DNA of 64,000 nt from an uncultured Phycisphaeraceae bacterium (GTDB taxonomy: Bacteria; Planctomycetota; Phycisphaerae; Phycisphaerales; Zrk34). The position numbers were made by a program, and so were the translations under genes. The stretch is from contig CALOAZ010000099.1 of the NCBI GenBank assembly GCA_942491355.1, forward strand, positions 26,233 to 90,232, given 5' to 3'. Under the pieces are notes generated by a model. The model had not been told where the DNA came from, searched no databases, and saw nothing but the letters and a program-made list of their open reading frames with translations. Numbering within the stretch: the stretch's first letter is position 1; each line of letters starts with the position of its first letter. Positions 38,028 to 46,781 of the stretch are shown in pieces.

Positions 38028-38288
38028 CTATGGGCCGCGATTCTGCTCTCGAAAGGCCATCCGAACCAAGCGGTAGAGCCCTCCGACAATGCCGATCCCG
38101 GCTCCGACGATCAGAGCCCACGGCTTGGTGCCCAACCGGCCATCGAGCCAGTAGCCGCACCAGGCCAGCAAAGCCACGACGCCCACCAGTTCCAGGCCTG
38201 CCGATGCCAATTGCCATCGCTGCGGATCAGGTGTCGATGGCAAAAAGGCCTCCATCCTCCGGGACCGTCTCCGACCGACCGCCGCCAT
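38028..38288 (-). CDS. AtpZ/ATPase_gene1-family small membrane protein
   Basis: 'LASAGLELVGVVALLAWCGYWLDGRLGTKPWALIVGAGIGIVGGLYRL' matches the 2-TM AtpZ pattern at the head of atp operons. The start may be the internal ATG at 38255. Confidence 0.65.
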   Translation of the reverse strand: MAAVGRRRSRRMEAFLPSTPDPQRWQLASAGLELVGVVALLAWCGYWLDGRLGTKPWALIVGAGIGIVGGLYRLVRMAFREQNRGP

Positions 38289-38430
38289 AACCTATTGAAA
38301 ACACATACTTAACGCATTAAAGCCCGATGGGTTTTTCGCAAACCAAGGCGCGGCAGGCCGATAGAATAGAGACGCCCCCTAGGGGTGTCAACTCACGCCC
38401 AGACCTTATCTGGCAACGAGTTATGTAAAT

Positions 38431-39099
38431 TCAGGCTATGGCGATCAGGCGAATTTCCAGACATGGCCGCAGACGATTCGCCAGCCAGATCCCGGCCTCA
38501 TAAAGAGGACGGCCGAAACGAGCCAACGGGGCCAGTCGCTGCTCATAGCCATAAGCACCGATCCCGCTTTCGTTCACACTGAAACCGGCTTCGGTCACCA
38601 GATTGCCCAGCGTCAGCGCGTTCCAGGCAAACAAGTGTCGATTGGGCTCACCCGGCCACCAGCGCCGATACCGGCGATTGAATTCGTAGGGCACCACGAG
38701 CACCAGGCATCCGCCGGGTTTGAGGTGCGGGCGCATCTGACGCAGCACTGCCATCGGATCGGTCACGTGTTCCAGCACATGATGACACAGCACCACATCG
38801 AACTGTCGGCCACTCAGGGCTTCGAGATCAGCCACAAATTCGATATCAAATTCGGCACAGCGCTGCGCTGCCGCAGGACCGGGGTCGCAGCCGGCTCGCG
38901 CCGCGCACTTGAGCGCGCGAAGATTCAGCGCCGTGCCCACGCCAAATTCGAACACGTTGTCGGTCGGCCGAATCCAGCGCGCCAACTTGCGTGCTCGGCG
39001 CTCGGCCAGCACAGAAGAGACAAACGGGTCATCATCGAAAACCGCGGCGTGATAACTGCCGTCGCGGTAGGCCTCGGATTGTGAGCCATCACTTGTCAT
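38431..39099 (-). CDS. Class I SAM-dependent methyltransferase
   Basis: Motif I-like 'VFEFGVGTALN', 'FDVVLCHHVLEHV', 'LKPGGCLVLVVP'. ATGA overlap with the upstream antiporter gene. Confidence 0.75.
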   Translation of the reverse strand: MTSDGSQSEAYRDGSYHAAVFDDDPFVSSVLAERRARKLARWIRPTDNVFEFGVGTALNLRALKCAARAGCDPGPAAAQRCAEFDIEFVADLEALSGRQFDVVLCHHVLEHVTDPMAVLRQMRPHLKPGGCLVLVVPYEFNRRYRRWWPGEPNRHLFAWNALTLGNLVTEAGFSVNESGIGAYGYEQRLAPLARFGRPLYEAGIWLANRLRPCLEIRLIAIA

Positions 39100-40826
39100 T
39101 CGCCTGTGTTCACTTTACCGGCAATAAGATTTTCTGTTCTATCCTGTTGTTCGGTATCTGTCGCATTTTCGCTTTCGCGTCCCAGTAGGCGACCGACAGT
39201 CAACCCCAGACGCAGGCCGATCTGCTGCTCTTCATCAACCACGATGGTCGCGCCCGCCGCTTCGATCTCGCCTGCAAAGCGATGATAGCGGGCCCGCGCC
39301 ACGATCGGCACCGATGGTGCCTGAGCGCGCACCTGATGAATCACATTGGTCACCGTGAGATGATCCGGCAGCGCAACCACCACCGCTCGCGCACCGGCCA
39401 CATGCAGCCGTTCGAGCAATTCCGGATTGCGCGCGTCACCCACCATCGCAGCCAAGCCGAGATCGATCGCCAGCGCCACATTCGCCGGTTGAAAATCCAC
39501 CACCGTCACCGGCACGCCGTGGCGCACCAGGGGTTCGACCAGGCGCTGGCCCGCCACGCCGAAACCCACCACGATCACACCCGATTCGGCTCGTGAGATC
39601 GCCAGTCCTTCCCGCTTCGAAGAGGCATTTCGATCGAGGCATTGCCCGACAAAATGTCCCAGCTTCGGCGCCATCATGACCAGATAGGGCGTCAGCAGCA
39701 GCGACACCAGCATGACCGAGATGAACAGTTTGAACAGATACTGATCGTCCGGATGATGCGATCCGAGAAAGGCCAGCTCCGCGATCAGAAAAGAAAACTC
39801 ACCCACTTGCGCCAGACAAACAGCGGTGGCCACCGATTCAGGCCACGGATGACGAAAAAAGCGCACGATCGCCGTCACGATCAGAATCTTGCCGCCGATG
39901 AGTGCCGTGCCGGTCAGAAACACATGCCAAGCGTTATCGATCACCCAGAACACATCGCCCAACATGCCGATCGAGACGAAGAACAACGTGACGAACAGCG
40001 TGCGCAACGGCGCCACATCGGCGCGAGCCTGCAAGGCGTAGGGCGATTCGGCCATCACCATGCCGGCGATGAAAGCGCCCAGCGCCGGCGAGAGTCCCAG
40101 CGCGTGCGCGGCCCATGCCGATCCCAAGGACAGCACCGCAGCCAAAAGAATCAACAATTCCCGATTGGCCACCAGCGCCGATGTGCGCAGCACGCGCGGT
40201 AGAATATAGTTCGCCACCAGCCAGAATCCGAAAGCCATCGCCAGAAACAGACCGATCGAGTGCCCCATCGCCAGCACAAGACTGGTGGCATCCACGGCTT
40301 CGGCATTGAGCATGCTGACGATCAGGACGAGCGGAATCACCGCCATGTCCTGCAGCAGCAGAATGCCCAAGGCATTGCGCCCATGCACACTGTCGATCTG
40401 CGCTCGATCAGCCAACACGCGCAACACGCACGCGGTCGAACTGAATGCGGCGATGGCGCCCACCGCCACCGCAGAGGCCGTCGACAGACCGAAACCCCAT
40501 GCCGCGCCACCCGCCATGATCACCGTCAGGATCACCTGAGCGCTGCCGCCGATCACACCCACGGGCCCCATGCGCCAGAGCCGCTTGAGTGAAAACTCCA
40601 AACCGATCGCAAATAGCAGCAGCGAAACGCCCAATTCAGCCAGACCCCGAACCACTTCGCTTTGTTCGGACACCACGCCCAGCGCATGCGGGCCCAGCAG
40701 CAGGCCTGCAAGCAGATAACCCAGCACGGCGCTCTGGCCCAGGCGCTCAAACACCACGCCCGCCGCAAAAGCCGCGGACAGCAGCACCAGCATGCCGGAT
40801 AAAACCGTCCAGAAATCCATCGTCAA
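39096..40826 (-). CDS. Kef-type monovalent cation:proton antiporter (CPA2) with a C-terminal RCK/TrkA-N domain
   Basis: Na_H_Exchanger TM core ('LGYLLAGLLLGPHALG', 'ELGVSLLLFAIGLEFS') and a Rossmann motif 'VIVVGFGVAGQRLV'. Confidence 0.88.
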   Translation of the reverse strand: MTMDFWTVLSGMLVLLSAAFAAGVVFERLGQSAVLGYLLAGLLLGPHALGVVSEQSEVVRGLAELGVSLLLFAIGLEFSLKRLWRMGPVGVIGGSAQVILTVIMAGGAAWGFGLSTASAVAVGAIAAFSSTACVLRVLADRAQIDSVHGRNALGILLLQDMAVIPLVLIVSMLNAEAVDATSLVLAMGHSIGLFLAMAFGFWLVANYILPRVLRTSALVANRELLILLAAVLSLGSAWAAHALGLSPALGAFIAGMVMAESPYALQARADVAPLRTLFVTLFFVSIGMLGDVFWVIDNAWHVFLTGTALIGGKILIVTAIVRFFRHPWPESVATAVCLAQVGEFSFLIAELAFLGSHHPDDQYLFKLFISVMLVSLLLTPYLVMMAPKLGHFVGQCLDRNASSKREGLAISRAESGVIVVGFGVAGQRLVEPLVRHGVPVTVVDFQPANVALAIDLGLAAMVGDARNPELLERLHVAGARAVVVALPDHLTVTNVIHQVRAQAPSVPIVARARYHRFAGEIEAAGATIVVDEEQQIGLRLGLTVGRLLGRESENATDTEQQDRTENLIAGKVNTGE

Positions 40827-40949
40827 AACCTCTTACCGAACGGCCCATCTTATCCGCCCGCTCATTCAGCAGCGCCAGACAGACACCATGCCAAACCACG
40901 TTATAATCCGCGGCCCCGGAAACTCCCGGAATCATTTGAGGATTCATCG

Positions 40950-42173
40950 ATGGCCAATACCGCTGCACCTAAAAAGATCGTGCTTGCCTACTCCGGCGGG
41001 CTGGATACTTCGGTCATTCTCCCGTGGCTCAAAAACCGTTATCCCGGCGTGAAACTTGTCGCCTTCGCCGCCGAACTCGGCCAGGGCGATGAACTCAAAG
41101 GCATCGAAAAAAAAGCGTATGCCAGCGGCGCCGATGAAGTGATCATCAAGGATCTGCGGCGCGAATTCGCCGAAGAATACTGCTACCCGATGATTCGCGC
41201 GCATGCGGTTTACGAAAACGACTACCTGCTGGGTACGTCGATCGCGCGGCCGCTGATCGCCAAGCACCAGGTGCTCGCCGCGAACCAGGTTGGCGCCGAC
41301 GCCGTCGCCCACGGCGCCACCGGCAAGGGCAACGATCAGGTGCGCTTCGAACTGACGTATCAGGCGCTGAATCCGAAACTCAAGATCATCTGGCCGTGGA
41401 AGGATCCGGCGTTCGAACTGACCGATCGCGAAACCGCCATCGATTACGCCAAACAGCACAACATCCCGATCGACCAATCCAAGAAGAAGATCTACAGCCG
41501 TGATCGCAATCTCTGGCACATCTCACACGAAGGCGCCGAGATCGAAGATCCGATCAACGAGCCGAAAGACGCCTGCCTGGTGATGTCGGTCCCGGTGGAA
41601 AAGGCCCCCAACAAGCCCGCGTATGTCACGATCGATTTCAAAGCCGGCGTACCGACGGCCGTCGACGGCAAGGCCCTGCGCGGCGAAGAACTGATTGCCG
41701 CGCTGAATACCCTCGGCGGCAAGCACGCCATCGGCCAAACCGTGCTGGTCGAAAACCGCCTGGTCGGCATGAAGAGCCGCGGAGTATACGAAACCCCCGG
41801 CGGCACCATTCTGTACGAAGCGCACAAGGCGATGCAGCAACTGTGCCTCGAGCGCGAAACGTATCACATGGCGCAGCAGCTTTCGCTGCGTTATGCCGAA
41901 CTGGTGTATTACGGCCAGTGGTTCCATCCGTTGCGCGAAAGTCTGCAGGCTTTCTTTGATTCGGCCAGCACCAAACTCACCGGCAAGGTCAAGGTCAAGC
42001 TGTACAAAGGCCGCGCGCTCGCGGTCAGCAGTGAATCACCGAACAGTCTGTACGACACCAAGCTCGCCAGCTTCGCGATGGACGGCTACGACATCACCGC
42101 CGCACGGGGATTCATCGATCTGTTCGGTCTGCCGAACATGGTGCGATCCATGAAGCACAAGCCCAAGTTCTGA
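40950..42173 (+). CDS. argG: Argininosuccinate synthase
   Basis: 'KIVLAYSGGLDTSV', 'AHGATGKGNDQVRFE', 'SRDRNLWHISHEG'. Confidence 0.96.
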   Translation: MANTAAPKKIVLAYSGGLDTSVILPWLKNRYPGVKLVAFAAELGQGDELKGIEKKAYASGADEVIIKDLRREFAEEYCYPMIRAHAVYENDYLLGTSIARPLIAKHQVLAANQVGADAVAHGATGKGNDQVRFELTYQALNPKLKIIWPWKDPAFELTDRETAIDYAKQHNIPIDQSKKKIYSRDRNLWHISHEGAEIEDPINEPKDACLVMSVPVEKAPNKPAYVTIDFKAGVPTAVDGKALRGEELIAALNTLGGKHAIGQTVLVENRLVGMKSRGVYETPGGTILYEAHKAMQQLCLERETYHMAQQLSLRYAELVYYGQWFHPLRESLQAFFDSASTKLTGKVKVKLYKGRALAVSSESPNSLYDTKLASFAMDGYDITAARGFIDLFGLPNMVRSMKHKPKF

Positions 42174-42196
42174 AATTTCGCCTTCAGGAGTCCGCC

Positions 42197-43895
42197 ATGG
42201 CATTCGTTCCGCACGATTTTGATCCCGCCAGCCGCGATCAAGTCGTGGCGATGTGCCAGGCGCTACTCGACCGCGCCATCGATTCGCCCGCAACGCTCGA
42301 TGCGTGGTTCGCCGATCTGTGTGAACTGTTCGAAACGATCGACGAACACGAAAGCCGCACGTCGATCGAAAACGCCTGCCATACCGATGACGAAGCCATC
42401 GAAAAAGCCTATCTCCATGTCGTCCAGGTGATCCGGCCCGCATACGAACCGCTGTATTTCGAATTGCAAAAAAAATGGCTCGACAGTCCGCATCGCGACC
42501 GCACCACTCTCGAAGGCCGTGACGTGATGGCACGGTCCTGGAAGGCCGACGTCGAATTGTTTCGGCCCGAAAACATCGCCCTGCAAACTCAACTTGCCGA
42601 ACTGAGCAAGGATTACGGCAAAGCCTGCGGCGCGATGATGGTCGATTTCAAAGGCAAGACGCGCACGCTGCAGCAAATGGCGGCCTTTCTCGAAGAAACC
42701 GACCGGCCCACGCGCGAAACCGCGTGGCGGCTGGTGTCGGATCGGCGCCTGCAGGATCGCGCCGCTTTCGACGCGATTTTTGATCAGCAACTCAAGCTCC
42801 GTCAGCAGGTCGCCGAAAACGCCGGCCATGCCGACTTTCGCGATTACATGTGGGTGGCCAAAAAACGTTTTGATTACACGCCTGAAGACTGCCATGCCTT
42901 CGGTGATGCGGTGGCCGAACATGCACTGCCGCTGCTGCGCCGCTTGGATGACAAGCAGCGCGATGCGCTCGGCGTCGACACGCTGCGCCCGTGGGATGGG
43001 GCGGTCGATCCGAAAGGCCGACCGCCGCTGCGCCCCTTTGCCGAAGAAGATATCGATGGCTTCGTCGAGAAAACGCGTCTCACTTTCGAACGCTACTGCC
43101 CGACTTTTGCCGAACAGTTCGCCACGCTGCGCACCAACGGCAATCTCGATCTCGGCAGTCGACCCGGCAAGCCGCCCCGGCGGCTTTCAGGCCTCGCTCG
43201 AAAAATCGCGCCAGCCGTTCATCTTCATGAATGCTGCCGGCATGCAGCGCGATGTCGAAACATTGTTGCACGAAGGCGGCCACGCGTTTCACTACATCGA
43301 CAGTTCCAGCATCGCGAACCTTTTTGCCCGTCACGCACCGCTCGAATTCTGCGAAGTGGCGAGCATGAGCCAGGAACTGCTGGCGACGGATCACTACGAC
43401 ATTTTTCACGACGATCCCGCCAATGCCGCGCGGGCCAAGCGCGTGCAACTGGAAGGCGCGATTCGCGTGTTGCCCTGGGTCGCCACGATCGACGGCTTTC
43501 AGCACTGGCTCTACACGCATCCGGGCCACGACGTGGCGACGCGCACCGCCGCCTGGATGGAGATCGTTACGCGCTTCTCCACCGGCGCGACCGATTGGTC
43601 GGGGCTTGAAGACGCTCGCGCCGCCATGTGGCAGCGCCAGGTGCATCTGTATCAAGTGCCGTTTTATTACATCGAATATGGCATCGCGCAACTCGGTGCG
43701 CTGCGCGTGTGGCTCAATCATCGGCGCGATGCCGCAAGTGCCATGGCCAAATTGCGAAGCGCCTTCGCGCTGGGCGGCACACGACCACTGCCGGAACTGT
43801 TCGAAGCGGCCGGCATTCCGTTCGATTTTTCGCCGGCGGCCGTCAAAGAACTGATCGAAGCCGTGGGGCGCGAATTGGAACAATTGCCGGACTGA
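42197..43895 (+). CDS. pepF: M3-family oligoendopeptidase (PepF-like), frame break near 43170-43180
   Basis: ORF 42197.. is protein-like to '...NLDLGSRPGK' and then becomes nonsense. ORF 42780..43895 in another frame continues '..PGGFQASLEKSRQPFIFMNAAGMQRDVETLLHEGGHAFH' (HExxH) through to the C-terminus. Confidence 0.85.
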
Positions 43896-44034
43896 TGCGG
43901 CCATGACTGCGATCAGGCCGAATGCTCCACACGACGGTTGCCCGAACCGACAATCTTCGCGCCTTCCGATTTACGGTGCTGCGGGCGTATGCTCTTCGGG
44001 AATCCTGACTTCATCCGTTGAGTGCTTCTGAGCA

Positions 44035-45435
44035 ATGAGCAAATCCACCGATATCCGCGTTGTGGGCGCTGCCGTTTACTTTTTGCCGGTCGAAACGCGC
44101 GTGCCTCTGAAATTCGGTACCGAAGCGCTGACATCTGTGACCTGTGTGCGCGTTCGACTCACGGTCGAAGGTGCCGATGGCCGTCGCGCCGACGGCTGGG
44201 GTGAAACCCCATTGAGCGTGCAATGGGTGTGGCCGTCGACCGACCCCTATGCGCCGCGCCATGACGCCTTGAAAGCTTTCTGTCTTTATCTCGCGAAAGC
44301 TTGGGCGCATTGCGAAGTGACAGGCCACCCGATGGAAATCGGCGATCCATTCAATCGACTCGAACTTGATGCCCGACTCGAATCGTTCAACGCCGCACTG
44401 AAAACACCAACACCCATGCCGCATCTGGCAGCGCTGGTGTGCAATTCGGCTTTCGACATTGCGCTGCACGATGCTTACGGCGTCCTTCACAACGTCGACA
44501 TCTACGACACCTACAACGCACAATGGATGACACGCGATCTGGCTGGTTTTCTGGAACCCGCTGAAGATTCAGCCGTGAATTTCGGCGGCCTGTTTCCAGA
44601 TCATTATCTCGCGAAGGACCGCCCCGCGCGACTGGATGCCTGGCATCTGGTGGGGGGGCTCGATGCCCTGGATGAATCGGATTGCACCGGCGACGAACCG
44701 AAAGACGGCTATCCCGTGCAGCTCAGAGATTGGATTCACACCGATGGTCTGACCTGCCTGAAAATCAAACTGCGCGGCAACGACGCGGCGTGGGATTACG
44801 ATCGGCTGGTGCGCATCGGGAATATCGGCGCCGAAACCGGCGTGAAACATCTCACCGCCGACTTCAATTGCACCGTCACCGATCCGGCTTATGTCGTGGC
44901 GATTCTGCATCGCCTCGCGGATGAACATCCTGCGCTGTATGACGCGATCGATTACGTCGAGCAACCGTTTCCTTACGATCTGGAAGCGCATCGCATCGAC
45001 GTGCATGCGGTCTCCGAACTCAAGCCGTTGTTTCTCGACGAAAGCGCGCACGATTGGCGCTTCGTAAAACTCGGTCGGGCGCTGGGATGGACGGGCGTCG
45101 CTCTCAAAACCTGCAAAACGCAGACCGGCGCGATTCTTTCGGCCTGCTGGGCCAAGGCTCACGGCATGCCGCTCATGGTGCAGGATCTGACCAATCCGAT
45201 GCTCGCGCAGATTCCGCACGTGCGCCTGGCTTCAGCAGTGGGCACGATTCGCGGCGTGGAAACCAACGGCATGCAGTTTTATCCCGAAGCCTCTGCGCCC
45301 GAAGCCGCAGTGCATCCGGGTCTATATCGGCGGCGCCAAGGCACGGTCGATCTGTCGACACTGCGCGGCTCGGGCTTCGGTTATCGACTGGATAAAATCA
45401 CGCGCCCACTGCCGGAACCCGCCTGCAGCCTTTGA
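44035..45435 (+). CDS. Enolase-superfamily (mandelate racemase / muconate lactonizing enzyme-like) protein
   Basis: Barrel-domain metal-ligand contexts 'LTADFNC', 'YVEQPFP' and 'FLDES', plus 'LKIKL'. The size of 466 aa is larger than typical MR/MLE members. Confidence 0.7.
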   Translation: MSKSTDIRVVGAAVYFLPVETRVPLKFGTEALTSVTCVRVRLTVEGADGRRADGWGETPLSVQWVWPSTDPYAPRHDALKAFCLYLAKAWAHCEVTGHPMEIGDPFNRLELDARLESFNAALKTPTPMPHLAALVCNSAFDIALHDAYGVLHNVDIYDTYNAQWMTRDLAGFLEPAEDSAVNFGGLFPDHYLAKDRPARLDAWHLVGGLDALDESDCTGDEPKDGYPVQLRDWIHTDGLTCLKIKLRGNDAAWDYDRLVRIGNIGAETGVKHLTADFNCTVTDPAYVVAILHRLADEHPALYDAIDYVEQPFPYDLEAHRIDVHAVSELKPLFLDESAHDWRFVKLGRALGWTGVALKTCKTQTGAILSACWAKAHGMPLMVQDLTNPMLAQIPHVRLASAVGTIRGVETNGMQFYPEASAPEAAVHPGLYRRRQGTVDLSTLRGSGFGYRLDKITRPLPEPACSL

Positions 45436-45437
45436 GG

Positions 45438-46736
45438 TTATTCGTCCTCTTCCGATTTGGCTTTGAGATGGCGCTCGATGTCGAGCAGGGATTGATACAC
45501 CTGCTGCGCGGTCTGATATTCGGGATGATTCGGATCCTTCGGCTTGAGCACGCGCGCCGCCAGCGCATTCACCAACAGCGACGACTCGCCGGCGGGATCG
45601 AATTGAACCAAACCTTTGAAATCGGGGTTCGACAGCGGCTTGGTCATCTGCAACATCAGGAAGAACAGATCCACCGCCTTGTCGACCTTGCGGTAACCAT
45701 TGCGAATGTAACGGCTGGTCACCAGACCGCTGTCACACATTTGGCCGAGCACTTTCTGAATGCCCGAAGAGATCATGACCTGCTCGAACATCTTCATCAG
45801 CATCTTCGAGCGACTCAGATCCTCACCCACGCGCACCGACGAACCTAGATCGATGAAGCCCACACCGCGCTCGGTGATCACCATGTTGTCCGGCCGCAGA
45901 TCCAGATGGATCACATTAACGGTGTCGTGCAGGTCGCGCAGTAAATGACAGGCCTGCTTGCAGAATTCGACCTGCGTGATGGGCTTGCCGCCTGACCCGT
46001 TACGCAGCCAGGTCATCGAGAAATTGCTGACATAGCCGCGCTCGTTCTTTTTCAGGTCGATCACGCGCGGAAAACTGCCGCGCAAATCTTCGGGCAGATA
46101 TTTCTCGACGACTTTGAGGATGCCGACCTCGCGCGTGAGAAACATCGGAAAGATCTTGTTGGTGAATGACATCGCGCGTTTGCGGATATCGTCCATGTCG
46201 AGATTGGGGTGGCGCAGATTCAAACGGCGCTCCATCATCTCGACCGTGGGCACGCGTTTGCGCACGACGTAGTCGCCTTCGGCGATGGGATGCGGTTCGA
46301 GTCTCACGTCGTACGTGAAGCGATTTGAAAACTCACCCACATGAATCAAGTGCGTTTTGCGCGCAATGAAATACCAGTAATCCTTACGCAAGCCGGGAAT
46401 CGGCGGTCCATCGGTGAAATGCGTCGGTTCGCATTCCACGATGAATTCCTGGCGCGCATGAAACGGCTTGGCCGTGAAATTCACATCGTCCGGATCGGTA
46501 GACACAAAAACGAACTGCCCGCCCCAGCGAAGTCGATCGAAGACCTGATCGGGCATGCGCAAATCGCCGGGGCCGGCAAAATGATAATCCACCGGGCCGT
46601 CATCGATGCGCAGCGAAGTGCTGTGCGCAAAACGCTGCCACTCGCTCTCGTGCGTCAGAACGCGAGCGATCACGGCTCGAAAGAGCTTGGCATGCGGGCC
46701 AGTTTCCCACCGCTGCTTCATCACACCCTCTGGCAC
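45438..46736 (-). CDS. Atypical protein-kinase-like (PKL) protein, paralog B
   Basis: 'VIHLDLRPDNMVITERGVGFIDLGSS' (HxDxxxxN catalytic loop plus a DxG metal-binding Asp). High similarity to the adjacent gene. The start could be the ATG at 46721. Confidence 0.6.
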   Translation of the reverse strand: MPEGVMKQRWETGPHAKLFRAVIARVLTHESEWQRFAHSTSLRIDDGPVDYHFAGPGDLRMPDQVFDRLRWGGQFVFVSTDPDDVNFTAKPFHARQEFIVECEPTHFTDGPPIPGLRKDYWYFIARKTHLIHVGEFSNRFTYDVRLEPHPIAEGDYVVRKRVPTVEMMERRLNLRHPNLDMDDIRKRAMSFTNKIFPMFLTREVGILKVVEKYLPEDLRGSFPRVIDLKKNERGYVSNFSMTWLRNGSGGKPITQVEFCKQACHLLRDLHDTVNVIHLDLRPDNMVITERGVGFIDLGSSVRVGEDLSRSKMLMKMFEQVMISSGIQKVLGQMCDSGLVTSRYIRNGYRKVDKAVDLFFLMLQMTKPLSNPDFKGLVQFDPAGESSLLVNALAARVLKPKDPNHPEYQTAQQVYQSLLDIERHLKAKSEEDE

Positions 46737-46781
46737 ATCTGATGCATTTGAACCGCAGTGAAGCGGCGGACATCACTTCGT

